A stretch of 64,000 nt of DNA from an uncultured Candidatus Saccharibacteria bacterium. GTDB lineage: Bacteria > Patescibacteriota > Minisyncoccia > Phycocordibacterales > UBA12088. Below the pieces are notes generated by a model. It saw only the letters and a program-made list of their open reading frames with translations, made no database searches and was not told where the DNA came from. Position numbers and translations under genes: made by a program. Of the stretch, positions 17,667-27,387 are shown piece by piece. The stretch's first letter is position 1, and each line of letters opens with the position of its first letter. The stretch spans positions 7,237 through 71,236 of the forward strand of contig CAYPKR010000003.1 of NCBI GenBank assembly GCA_964411375.1. The letters run 5' to 3'.

Positions 17667-18190
17667 ACACCCAATTACTCATCGACTTCGATTGCACTCT
17701 CTTCGACACCGATGCGATGAAAGTCGCACTCGGTGAGGAGCGGATCCGACGTGTTATCGCCGGTCTTGAATTCTTCAGGCGAGATGAACTCTCTAAGTTC
17801 ATCTATTCAGACGCACGCGCATTTTTAGCGAGTGACTCGTCTCGACACACCTTGATTTCGTTGGTCGCACCGACCACTACAATGCCGACCAGCCTTTCGT
17901 TTCAAAGCGCGAAGATTTCGGCATCCGGCATTCTTAGCTATTTCTCACTCCGCATTATTGCGGATGAAGCGTATAAGGGACCGATCGTTTCGCGGCACTG
18001 CGCTTCGCTCGGTATCGACCCCCAGCATGTCGTCGTTATAGACGATAGGCAGGACCAGCTTGATTCAGTGACCGAGCATTGTCCCGATGCGCGAACTGTC
18101 CGAATTGACCGGACTAGATCTTTTGGTAACGAATGCAACGTAATTGCTTCGTTTGCCGACCTTCCGAGATTGCTTCGGAGGATACACTGA
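17663..18190 (+). CDS. HAD-superfamily hydrolase-like protein
   Basis: LIDFDCTLFDTD (DxDxT motif I) and VVVIDDRQD (motif IV-like); overlaps upstream gene by 4 bp. Confidence 0.45.
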   Translation: MNTQLLIDFDCTLFDTDAMKVALGEERIRRVIAGLEFFRRDELSKFIYSDARAFLASDSSRHTLISLVAPTTTMPTSLSFQSAKISASGILSYFSLRIIADEAYKGPIVSRHCASLGIDPQHVVVIDDRQDQLDSVTEHCPDARTVRIDRTRSFGNECNVIASFADLPRLLRRIH

Positions 18191-18209
18191 TGTTCTTTCA
18201 CCTAGCCGT

Positions 18210-18245
18210 GGCCGGCCCGTATACTCGGGCCGGCCTTTTCTCTTT
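18210..18245 (+). terminator. rho-independent terminator
   Basis: ggccggcccg-tatact-cgggccggcc followed by ttttctcttt. Confidence 0.85.
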
Positions 18246-18324
18246 GAAACATCACCATTGTTCTTCGTGTTGTATTAGGTATCGCACGGGGCGCCTTTTT
18301 ATGAGAGTATAACCACAACAAGCC

Positions 18325-19161
18325 ATGAAAATTGGGTTTATCGGGCAGGGATTTGTGGGGAAGAGTTATGCGGATGATTTTGAATCTCGCGGCTTTTCGG
18401 TTGTGCGGTACTCGCTCGAGCCGGCATATTCAATAAACAAAGATGCAATCGCTGATTGCGACATTGTTTCCATTTCGGTACCAACACCAACGACCCCAAA
18501 AGGTCAGGACATTTCAATTCTTGAAGCAGTACTTCCTCTCGTTGGCGTTGGTAAAACTGCGGTCATCCGTTCAACTGTACTTCCTGGGACCACTGAAAAA
18601 CTCCAAGAAAAATTTTCAAAAATTATTGTCCTGCACGCACCAGAATTTTTGCTTGAAGCGGGAGCTGCATACGATGCAGCACGACCGGCGATGAATATCG
18701 TTGGATGTACGCTCAATTCTGCAGTGCATCGAGAAAAAGCAGCAGAAGTGCTATCAATCCTACCAACCGCGCGTTTCTCATTTATGATGACTTCGCGTGA
18801 AGCGGAAATGGCGAAGTATATTCACAATACGCACGGTTACATGCGCATCATTTATACAAATCTAATGTATGAACTCGCTGAAAAACTTGATTGTGATTGG
18901 GGGAAAATCCAATCGATGATGGAAGCCGATCCAATGATGAGCCCATATTACAATAAGCCCGTTCACAAGGGTGGACGAGGAGCCGGTGGCGCATGTTTCA
19001 TAAAAGATTTTGCGGCGTTTCGACAGTTTTATGAATCAAATATTGCTGACCCCGCATACCGTACGATTTTGGATACTCTTGAAAAGAAAAATCTTGAACT
19101 CTTGAAACAGTCGGGAAAGAATCAGGACATCGTGCAGGCCGTGTATGGAAACAATGTGTAG
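18325..19161 (+). CDS. compact UDP-glucose/GDP-mannose dehydrogenase-family (nucleotide-sugar dehydrogenase-like) protein
   Basis: MKIGFIGQGFVGKS Rossmann N-term; GGACFIKD resembles catalytic GGxCFxKD motif; only 278 aa (short for family). Confidence 0.6.
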   Translation: MKIGFIGQGFVGKSYADDFESRGFSVVRYSLEPAYSINKDAIADCDIVSISVPTPTTPKGQDISILEAVLPLVGVGKTAVIRSTVLPGTTEKLQEKFSKIIVLHAPEFLLEAGAAYDAARPAMNIVGCTLNSAVHREKAAEVLSILPTARFSFMMTSREAEMAKYIHNTHGYMRIIYTNLMYELAEKLDCDWGKIQSMMEADPMMSPYYNKPVHKGGRGAGGACFIKDFAAFRQFYESNIADPAYRTILDTLEKKNLELLKQSGKNQDIVQAVYGNNV

Positions 19162-19163
19162 CT

Positions 19164-20213
19164 ATGCGTATTCTCATCTGTACGCAGAAGGTAGATAAAA
19201 ACGATTCGGTGTTGGGATTTTTCCACCGATATCTTGTTGAGTTTGCAAAACATTTTGATCAAGTCACCGTAATCGCACTCGGGGTTGGCGAATATGATCT
19301 TCCTAAAAATGTTCGCGTCTTTTCGCTCGGCAAAGAAAATGGCGCAGGAACTTTTTCATATGTTCGCCGATTTGTACCACTCATCATTCGCGAGAGAAAA
19401 AACTATGATGCGGTTTTCGTCCACATGAGTGTTGAATTTGCGATGCTCGGCGGTCTCATCTGGAAATTTATGCGAAAGCGCATTGTCATGTGGTACACGC
19501 ATCGGCAGGGAAGCATGCGCCTTAAGATCGGGTCGTTTTTTGCCGATTCGATTCTCACTGCTGCAGAAGAAAGCTATCCGTATCAAACGCCAAAGCGCCG
19601 AGTGATTGGGCATGGAATCGAAACTGCAAGGTTTCAGTGTCTGACTGATTTGGAGCCGCATATTCATCTTGAAATTCTCACTGCTGGGCGAATTACCCGA
19701 ATCAAAAATTGCGATACGCTTCTTGAAGCAGTTGCAAAATTGCGAGATCAAGGGCTTACCGTACACGCGACATTTCTTGGTTCGCCAGTAACCCCCGACG
19801 ATAAAAAATACGAGGAAGAACTTCTTGTGCTCATTAAAAAATTGGATATCGCGGATCTCGTGTCATTTCCCGGCTCCATTCCGAATGCAGAAATCTCGTC
19901 GTGGTATTGCAAATCAGACATTGTGACCAATATGACGCCAACAGGCGGTCTTGATAAAACAGTGATTGAGGCAATGGCAGCAGAGCGTATTGTGATTGTG
20001 TCGAATGAAGCCTACAAACCCCATTTTGGTACTCACGCCCCCGATCTGATTTTTAAAGAACGTAACAGCGACAGTCTTGCCTCAAAAATAAAATCATTTG
20101 TCGATCCTGAAGCGCGTGCGCCGATTGTAGAGTATCTCCATAAGTATGCACTGGATAATTTTGACGTAGTGGCAATTGTTCAAAAGATAAGTAGCGCGCT
20201 CAAAAATGGATAA
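19164..20213 (+). CDS. glycosyltransferase (GT-B, family 4-like)
   Basis: C-terminal GLDKTVIEAMAAERIVIVSNE motif, GT-B two-domain length. Confidence 0.65.
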   Translation: MRILICTQKVDKNDSVLGFFHRYLVEFAKHFDQVTVIALGVGEYDLPKNVRVFSLGKENGAGTFSYVRRFVPLIIRERKNYDAVFVHMSVEFAMLGGLIWKFMRKRIVMWYTHRQGSMRLKIGSFFADSILTAAEESYPYQTPKRRVIGHGIETARFQCLTDLEPHIHLEILTAGRITRIKNCDTLLEAVAKLRDQGLTVHATFLGSPVTPDDKKYEEELLVLIKKLDIADLVSFPGSIPNAEISSWYCKSDIVTNMTPTGGLDKTVIEAMAAERIVIVSNEAYKPHFGTHAPDLIFKERNSDSLASKIKSFVDPEARAPIVEYLHKYALDNFDVVAIVQKISSALKNG

Positions 20214-21348
20214 GCCTGACATTATGTACCTCGCTGCGATGCGCTTTCCTTCGGAGCGTGCACACTCCGCACAGGTGGCGATGACTTCCGCCGCGTTTGC
20301 GACCCTTGGACAGAAAGTCGAAATTGTTATTCCATCGAGACGGGGAGCTGTCAAAGGAGATCCATTTGAGTATTTTAAAATCCCGAAAAACGAAAACCTC
20401 ACCGTTACTACGCTCAAAGTACCTGACACCATTCGCTTCGGTCGGTTTGGATTTTGGTTTCACCATGTATGTTTTGCGCTTCGAGCACGAGCACATGCGC
20501 GCATTCGAAATCCACACGTCCTGTATTCTCGGGACGAATCAGTACTATTTTTTTTCCGTAATTTCGGAATCCCGTTTGTATGGGAATCACATCTTGGTAA
20601 ATGGAATATACTCGCACACTCGGTTGCAGAGAAATGTAAAACACTTATTGTCATCAGCCGCGGACTTCAGAATTTTTACAGAGATCGAGGCATTTCACTT
20701 GCAAAAATAACTGTCGCGCCAGATGGCGTATCACTTGAATCATTTGAAACAACGGAAAGTAAAGAAACTGCACGCGGACGACTTGGTTTGCCGATCGATG
20801 GGGTCATCGTCATGTACATCGGTTCACTTGAAAAATGGAAAGGATACGATACGTTTGCACGTGCGGCAAAATTTTCCACTGCACGATTTGTGGTGATTGG
20901 TGGAAAAGATCATGAGGTAGAGAGGCTGCGTAAAGAATTTCCAAGCGTACTATTTCTTGGTGCGCGTCCATATGCCGAACTTCCGGGGAATCAGAGGGCT
21001 GCTGATGTTTTGGTTATACCGAATACCGCAAAAGACATCGTATCGCTCCAATTTACTTCGCCGCTCAAATTATTTACTTCACTTGCGTCGCATGTGCCGA
21101 TTGTTGCAAGTGATATTCCCTCAATCCGCGAGATCGCTAATGCAGGTGAAGTATTCTATGTGCGCCCTGATGACCCGGAAGCACTTGCGAAGGGTGTGAA
21201 CGAAGCGCTGCATCCACTGGAAGGTAAAAAACGCGCAGACGCAGCGTACCAAAAGTCACGATCATTTTCATGGGAAGCAAGGGGGAGGACGATTCTTGAA
21301 GCCGTCGGTCTTTTGCCTGAGCACGCTATTGCGTCAAATCAGCCATAA
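20206..21348 (+). CDS. glycosyltransferase family 4
   Basis: GSLEKWKGYD and GT-B C-domain motifs; 380 aa; overlaps previous gene by 8 bp. Confidence 0.8.
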   Translation: MDKPDIMYLAAMRFPSERAHSAQVAMTSAAFATLGQKVEIVIPSRRGAVKGDPFEYFKIPKNENLTVTTLKVPDTIRFGRFGFWFHHVCFALRARAHARIRNPHVLYSRDESVLFFFRNFGIPFVWESHLGKWNILAHSVAEKCKTLIVISRGLQNFYRDRGISLAKITVAPDGVSLESFETTESKETARGRLGLPIDGVIVMYIGSLEKWKGYDTFARAAKFSTARFVVIGGKDHEVERLRKEFPSVLFLGARPYAELPGNQRAADVLVIPNTAKDIVSLQFTSPLKLFTSLASHVPIVASDIPSIREIANAGEVFYVRPDDPEALAKGVNEALHPLEGKKRADAAYQKSRSFSWEARGRTILEAVGLLPEHAIASNQP

Positions 21349-21352
21349 CTCT

Positions 21353-21802
21353 ATGATGCCGAGAAGCTTATCTATGCAGATTCCTCACATTCTACAAAAA
21401 CCGCTCAATCTACTCCTTGCGCTCCCACTCGGCATACGCTTTATTATTGCTGGCGGCACTGGTACCGTATTCAATCTATGCGTTCTCTACGTTCTGACGG
21501 ATTTCTTCGGAGTTTGGTATCTGGCATCGACTACAATTTCGTTTTTGGTTGGATCGGTGTTTAGTTTCACTCTGCAGAAATTTCTAACCTTTAGACATAC
21601 AAACGCTTCGGGACTTCAACGCGAATTCCCAATCTTTCTTACGGTCGGTGGAATCAACTTGTTCTTAAATAGTGCGCTTATGTACACGCTCGTCGATATT
21701 GTTGGAGTATGGTACATGCTTGCGCAAATTATTTCGACCGGCATTATTTCAATTGAAAGCTTCATTACCTATCGCTATATTGTCTTCAAAAAGCCGCAAT
21801 GA
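21353..21802 (+). CDS. GtrA-family small membrane protein (polyprenol-linked sugar flippase-like)
   Basis: 4-TM 150-aa protein with GtrA-like RFIIAGGTGTVFNLCVLYVLTDFFGVWY motif; immediately upstream of GtrB-like GT2. Confidence 0.65.
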   Translation: MMPRSLSMQIPHILQKPLNLLLALPLGIRFIIAGGTGTVFNLCVLYVLTDFFGVWYLASTTISFLVGSVFSFTLQKFLTFRHTNASGLQREFPIFLTVGGINLFLNSALMYTLVDIVGVWYMLAQIISTGIISIESFITYRYIVFKKPQ

Positions 21803-22749
21803 ATCCAATGAAACTCTCCATCGTCATTCCACTCTTCAATGAAGCACCGAGCGTTTCACATCTTGTTGATGCGCTCAAAAATGCGCTAGCGAAGCAGTCA
21901 AAATATGAAATCATCATCGTCGATGACGGTTCAAAAGACGCAACATGGAACGAACTTTCGAAATGCGGAGAAACATTTCCTGAACTTAAGAGTATTCGGT
22001 TATTCCGAAATGCCGGTCAGACAACCGCGCTGCAAGCAGGTATTGATGCATCCTCCGGCGAAATTGTCGTGACGCTTGATGGCGATCTCGAAAATAACCC
22101 AGCGGATATTGATCGACTGCTCGAAAAACTAGATGAAGGATACGATGTTGTTTCTGGATGGCGTAAAGATCGATGGAAGGGAAATACATTCACTCGCCGA
22201 ATCCCCTCAAAAATAGCAAATGCACTCATTTCATACATGACGGGACTGAAGCTTCATGATTATGGATGCACCCTAAAAGCGTACCGAAGGGAATATCTCA
22301 CCCCGCTTCGCTTGTATGGCGAAATGCATCGATTCATTCCGGCATACGCATCATGGTACGGTGCACGTATTGCAGAGATTCCTGTTCGATACACGCCACG
22401 GCGATTTGGTAAAAGTCATTACGGCATGGGTCGAATCTTCCGCGTACTTCTCGATCTTCTTTTAATTCGATTCCTTGAGAAGTATATGCATCGCCCGATT
22501 CACTTTTTTGGCGGTGCAGGAGCAATTTCACTTGCAATCGGAGGTGTTGCAGGTTTTCTCGCAATTGTTCTGAAGATCATTCATTTGAGAGATTTTGTAT
22601 CGACACCGCTTCCAATTTTCTCGGCCATGTTTTTAATCATCGGCATACAATTTATTCTGATGGGTATTCTTGCCGAAATATTGATGCGAACATATTTTGA
22701 ATCACAAGGACGAACCACCTATATCATTCGAGAAAAAATTAATTTTTAA
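21799..22749 (+). CDS. GT2 polyprenyl-phosphate glycosyltransferase (GtrB/DPM1-like) with C-terminal TM helices
   Basis: LSIVIPLFNEA...EIIIVDDGSKD...TLDGDLENNP motifs; two C-terminal TM helices. Confidence 0.85.
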   Translation: MNPMKLSIVIPLFNEAPSVSHLVDALKNALAKQSKYEIIIVDDGSKDATWNELSKCGETFPELKSIRLFRNAGQTTALQAGIDASSGEIVVTLDGDLENNPADIDRLLEKLDEGYDVVSGWRKDRWKGNTFTRRIPSKIANALISYMTGLKLHDYGCTLKAYRREYLTPLRLYGEMHRFIPAYASWYGARIAEIPVRYTPRRFGKSHYGMGRIFRVLLDLLLIRFLEKYMHRPIHFFGGAGAISLAIGGVAGFLAIVLKIIHLRDFVSTPLPIFSAMFLIIGIQFILMGILAEILMRTYFESQGRTTYIIREKINF

Positions 22750-22759
22750 TGTAAAGCCC

Positions 22760-24631
22760 ATGTGCGGCATTGCCGGATTTAAAGGAGTTGGAAATGCTGC
22801 ATTCCTCGAGGAAGCGGTACGTCGATTGAAACATCGCGGACCCGACGACAGCGGCACATCGCTAATACAGGATGTTGGCTTTGCATTTGCGAGGCTTGCC
22901 ATAATTGACCTTTCACCGCTTGGCGCACAGCCAATGTGGAATGCTGAAAAAACGGTCGGGATTGTTTTTAACGGCGAGATATATAATTTTGAAGAGCTGC
23001 GAGTCGACCTTGAAAAATGTGGGCACACATTTCAGGGACATTCTGATACGGAAGTACTCCTTCATGCGTACATGGAATATGGTACGGAGTGTTTCAAAAA
23101 GTTGAATGGAATGTTTGGGCTTGCGATTTATGATCAGAAAAAAGACGCACTTATTCTTGCACGCGATCGATTTGGTAAAAAACCACTCTATTGGAGTAGA
23201 ATGAGCGACACAATCGTATTTGGATCCGAACTCAAGGCAATACTCGCACATCCCAAAGTGCAGCGGGAGCTCGATCCTGATGCACTTTCAGCATATCTTT
23301 TTTATGAATATGTGCCGACTCCGGGATCCATTTTTAAAAACATTCATAAACTTGAGCCAGGTTCTGTACTTACCTTTGAGAAGGGAAATATAACCATCAA
23401 TTCATTTTGGGAGCCACCGAAAACTATCGCCCCACTTTCATTCGATGAAGCGCTTAAAGAATTTGATCGCCGTCTCTCGGAGAGTGTACAGCGACGTATG
23501 GTATCGGATGTTCCGCTTGGCGTGTTTCTCTCCGGCGGAATTGATAGCTCGACGATCGCGTATTATGCGCGTCAGCATACCGATAAGCCACTTCAAACAT
23601 TTTCAATCGGATTTGATGAAAAATCATTCGATGAATCATCCTATGCGCGTGAGGTAGCAAGACATCTTGGCACTGATCATCATGAAATGACCGTCCACTC
23701 ATCTGATATTCTTCGTGCAGTCACCGAAAAACTCCCTGACGTTCTTGATGAACCATTGGCAGACGCATCCATTCTCCCCACACTCTTTTTGTCGGAGTGT
23801 GCTAGAAAAAATGTCACCGTCACTTTGGGTGGCGATGGCGCTGACGAACTTTTGTTCGGGTATCCGACATTTACGGCAGAACGATTTGCTTCGCTGTATT
23901 CAACTCTTCCACATCCCGTACATTCAATATTTTCGGGAATGGTGGGGATGATGCCAGCTTCTGATTCGTACCTCAACCTCAAATTCAAAGGAGCACAATT
24001 TTTGAAAGGTTTTAATGGGGACGCTAGATATCGACATGAGAGATGGTTGTCGGCATTTGACGAATCATTGATTCAAACTACTTTGAAAAATGCGCCATCA
24101 AACGAAACACTCGGACATCTACTATTTGATCATATCGATTCCATTAGAAAACGAGTAAGTGAAATGGAGAGCTGGAATTTGCTTAGTTTTGAGTACGCTT
24201 TTACGTACCTGATGGACAAAGTATTAGTGAAAGTCGATCGAGCAAGCATGGCACAGTCGCTTGAAGTTCGTGCGCCATTTCTCGACTACACACTTGCTGA
24301 ATTTTTATTCACCCTTCCTTCCTCATATAAATATCGTGGCGGCACCGGTAAATATATTCTTCGAAAATTAATGCAGGATCGCTTACCTCATTCTGCAACT
24401 ACGCGGAAGAAGCAAGGATTTGCGATGCCAGTAAGTGCCTGGCTTCGAAGCGAACTTCGTCCGCTCCTCACTGAACTTCTCGAACCTACCAGGATTCAGA
24501 AGCAAGGATTATTTGATCCAAAGATGATACAAAAAATGGTTGAGAGACATGTCGAGCGGCAGAGAGACTGGCACAAAGAACTTTGGACACTTCTTATCTT
24601 CCAATTATGGTACGACCGATGGTATTCGTAG
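22760..24631 (+). CDS. asparagine synthase (glutamine-hydrolysing)-family amidotransferase (copy 1)
   Basis: MCGIAG N-terminal nucleophile, GVFLSGGIDSS PP-loop; in glycan cluster context likely sugar amidotransferase (WbpS-like) rather than housekeeping AsnB. Confidence 0.8.
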   Translation: MCGIAGFKGVGNAAFLEEAVRRLKHRGPDDSGTSLIQDVGFAFARLAIIDLSPLGAQPMWNAEKTVGIVFNGEIYNFEELRVDLEKCGHTFQGHSDTEVLLHAYMEYGTECFKKLNGMFGLAIYDQKKDALILARDRFGKKPLYWSRMSDTIVFGSELKAILAHPKVQRELDPDALSAYLFYEYVPTPGSIFKNIHKLEPGSVLTFEKGNITINSFWEPPKTIAPLSFDEALKEFDRRLSESVQRRMVSDVPLGVFLSGGIDSSTIAYYARQHTDKPLQTFSIGFDEKSFDESSYAREVARHLGTDHHEMTVHSSDILRAVTEKLPDVLDEPLADASILPTLFLSECARKNVTVTLGGDGADELLFGYPTFTAERFASLYSTLPHPVHSIFSGMVGMMPASDSYLNLKFKGAQFLKGFNGDARYRHERWLSAFDESLIQTTLKNAPSNETLGHLLFDHIDSIRKRVSEMESWNLLSFEYAFTYLMDKVLVKVDRASMAQSLEVRAPFLDYTLAEFLFTLPSSYKYRGGTGKYILRKLMQDRLPHSATTRKKQGFAMPVSAWLRSELRPLLTELLEPTRIQKQGLFDPKMIQKMVERHVERQRDWHKELWTLLIFQLWYDRWYS

Positions 24632-24699
24632 GTAGTCACTCGATTGCTTGACGGAGAGGGAATTGGTTGAAAGAATGAATCATCATCAAGAGAACCGGC

Positions 24700-26499
24700 A
24701 TGCATCCCTTCCTATTTTCTCGGCTTAAGACCGGTACTCGAATCCATATTCTCGGGATCGTATTTTCGCTCCTCGCGGGAGCTGTTATCGTTGCTCCACA
24801 CTTGTGGTTTATCGTCCATTCCGGAAGTGCGTATCAAGGTATTCAACTCTTTGGAGCAGATGCTGAGACGAGCTATCTCACCCGCATCCAGGAAGCCGCG
24901 GAGACGGGAGATGTAGCTAACCCGTATATCTTCGAAGAAAAGGGAACGTTGCCGTCATCCTACGATACCTATATCGAATATGCGCTCGCACTTCCGACTA
25001 TTTTCTTCCATGTTCCGGTTGCAACAATGAATCTGTGGTACAAGTTTTTGCTTCCTGCAATCGCATTTTTCCTCGCGTATCTTCTTGCGTATCGTGTAAC
25101 TGGGCGGAGAAGCGCCTCTCTCCTTGCCGCTTCGCTTGGGATTCTTGGACTTCAATTATTTTCAGTCAGCGATATTCGATTTTTTCTCGGACATGCGCCA
25201 GTGGGGTATGAACCGTTTACCAATTTTGTGAATTACGGACGTCCAGTAAATCCAGAAGCAAGCGGCATTGTTTTCTTCGTCTACCTGCATTTGTTGTGGT
25301 CATTCTGGACTGCGGCAAGTGGATGGACGCTTCCCCTAATGCGTCGAAAGTTCTTCCTCATTATGGCGCTCGCAACGGTATACGCTGCATCGTTCTACGT
25401 CTATTTTTATACGTGGACATTTTTTACAGTTCTGAATGGTCTCTTCTTCCTCGCATGTATCATAGAGCGTCGATTTCGAGACGCGGTGCATTATTTGTTC
25501 ATAACCGCTCTCGGACTTCTCGCCGCGATTCCGTATTTTTTGAATCTCATCGCGTTCACTTCACATCCGTACTACGCCGATATTTCAAAGACATTTGGGT
25601 TTGTCATCTCCCATACGCCAAGAATAAGTACCGGTGGACTCGCAACTATCATTCTATTTACGTGTGTTGCGCTCTGGTGTGATCGAAGGCAATTGATGAA
25701 ACCTCGTGGTACCGCAATGTATTTGGGAGTTCTACTTCTCACAACGGTTATTGTTATCAATCAGCAAATTCTTACGGGTCGGTTGCTGCAAGAAGGGCAT
25801 TATCATTGGTATTTCAACACCCCAATTTTTGCGCTCGCAATCGCGTGGTCATTTTCAAAGATTTCGGAACGTATTCGGATTCGTCACTTATTGTCAGGTA
25901 TCACGCTTTTCGTTATTCTTGCCGCGTTTGGAACAACGATATACATTCAAATTTTAAGTTATCGCGCGCAGGAAGCGGTGGCGCTTTCTGACCAAGTCTA
26001 TGCGCCACTATTTACATGGTTGAATAAAAATGCCGCGCCTGAATCAGTACTTCTTGCTGATCACCGTATTTCGGAATGGACACCAGTGTATACGCATTTA
26101 AATGTGTATTGGAGTGATTACAACTTTACGTATTTGACTCCGCGATTCCGTGTCATGCATGCGCTCTTTATGTATCTTAAACTCTACGATATTCCGCCAT
26201 CTGCGATGCCAGAGTCTGCATTCCATCCACCTACCGATACTGCCGAGGCCGCGTTTGCACACAAAGAAACAGCAATTTTGGTAGGGAACCATCGCGAGTA
26301 TCTCTACGGATTTTATCCAGACGGCATGGCATACTTGAATACGCTCTTTTGGAATGGGCCGTTTGAGAAGCGTCTCCATGATTATCGAATTGACTATATT
26401 GCGGTCGACATGCGGTTTGAATCAAATTGGATTTCCAAAATACCTCCGAGTGCAAAGAAAGTTTTCGAAGAAGGTCCAATCGTACTCTACCAACTCTAA
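24700..26499 (+). CDS. large polytopic membrane protein (about 12 TM), possible GT-C-type glycosyltransferase/polymerase; paralog of 27384-29129
   Basis: hydrophobicity pattern; shared N-terminal loop motif with paralog; no confident family. Confidence 0.5.
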   Translation: MHPFLFSRLKTGTRIHILGIVFSLLAGAVIVAPHLWFIVHSGSAYQGIQLFGADAETSYLTRIQEAAETGDVANPYIFEEKGTLPSSYDTYIEYALALPTIFFHVPVATMNLWYKFLLPAIAFFLAYLLAYRVTGRRSASLLAASLGILGLQLFSVSDIRFFLGHAPVGYEPFTNFVNYGRPVNPEASGIVFFVYLHLLWSFWTAASGWTLPLMRRKFFLIMALATVYAASFYVYFYTWTFFTVLNGLFFLACIIERRFRDAVHYLFITALGLLAAIPYFLNLIAFTSHPYYADISKTFGFVISHTPRISTGGLATIILFTCVALWCDRRQLMKPRGTAMYLGVLLLTTVIVINQQILTGRLLQEGHYHWYFNTPIFALAIAWSFSKISERIRIRHLLSGITLFVILAAFGTTIYIQILSYRAQEAVALSDQVYAPLFTWLNKNAAPESVLLADHRISEWTPVYTHLNVYWSDYNFTYLTPRFRVMHALFMYLKLYDIPPSAMPESAFHPPTDTAEAAFAHKETAILVGNHREYLYGFYPDGMAYLNTLFWNGPFEKRLHDYRIDYIAVDMRFESNWISKIPPSAKKVFEEGPIVLYQL

Positions 26500-26508
26500 G
26501 TACTCCGT

Positions 26509-27387
26509 ATGAAAATAACAGTTACACTTCCGTCAAAATGCCCGCTCTGTCTCCATCCGCATACCACTTTTTATGCGAGACGACGTGGGTACGATCTGTT
26601 CAGATGCGACTCCTGTAGAGTAATTTTTGTATTTCCGCCGCCAGAGCATGTCGAAGAAGTCTACAGTGCTGATTATTTTACCGGCGCGGTTAATGGACAT
26701 GGCTACGTCGATTATGAGCGAGAAAAACTCGCGATGATCGACACATTTAAGGAATATTTGAGGCGGATTAAAAATCGAAAACCAACTCCTGCCCATCTTC
26801 TTGATATTGGCGCGGCAACTGGCACCTTTATAGAACTTGCAATTGAAGCGGGATATACCGCAGAAGGAGTGGAACTTTCTGCATATGCGGCTGAAGCAGC
26901 AAGACAAAAGGGTCTCAAGGTGCAGACGGGAAAAATCGAGGACGCATCATTTTCACCTGAATCCTTTGACATCATCACGATGTTCGATGTGTTCGAACAC
27001 ATCAGCAATCCGATCGAAGTACTCGGGGCGGCAAAAAAACTCCTGAAGCCGGGAGGTATTATTGTCGTCAACACGGTTGATGCAGATAGTTTGTATGCAC
27101 GAGTCCTTGGAAAATATTGGCATCTCATCGTGCCTCCAGAACATTTGTTGTATGTAAGCGTCTCAAATTTTGGAGCATTCCTTACGCGGAATGGATTTCA
27201 ACCACTTGAATCTGCAAAAATTGGAAAATCATTTCCGTTTCCATATGTCCTCTCAACATTTGCCCGTTGGGTTCGCATAGAGTTTCTCGAATCCCTCGCA
27301 AGAAAAAGTGGCAAAACACCGCTCCAAAAATTACGCCTTCCGATACATCTCCGCGATCTTTTCTTTATGATTGCTGAAAAAAAATGA
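26509..27387 (+). CDS. class I SAM-dependent methyltransferase with N-terminal Cys4 zinc-ribbon
   Basis: CPLC...CDSC ribbon; LLDIGAATGTF (motif I), IITMFDVFEH motif. Confidence 0.75.
   Translation: MKITVTLPSKCPLCLHPHTTFYARRRGYDLFRCDSCRVIFVFPPPEHVEEVYSADYFTGAVNGHGYVDYEREKLAMIDTFKEYLRRIKNRKPTPAHLLDIGAATGTFIELAIEAGYTAEGVELSAYAAEAARQKGLKVQTGKIEDASFSPESFDIITMFDVFEHISNPIEVLGAAKKLLKPGGIIVVNTVDADSLYARVLGKYWHLIVPPEHLLYVSVSNFGAFLTRNGFQPLESAKIGKSFPFPYVLSTFARWVRIEFLESLARKSGKTPLQKLRLPIHLRDLFFMIAEKK

Noticed and set aside
20297-20879. ORFs 20297-20710(+), 20414-20644(-), 20676-20879(-) overlapping GT4 gene 20206-21348
   Set aside because: Alternative-frame or antisense ORFs within a glycosyltransferase with clear family motifs.
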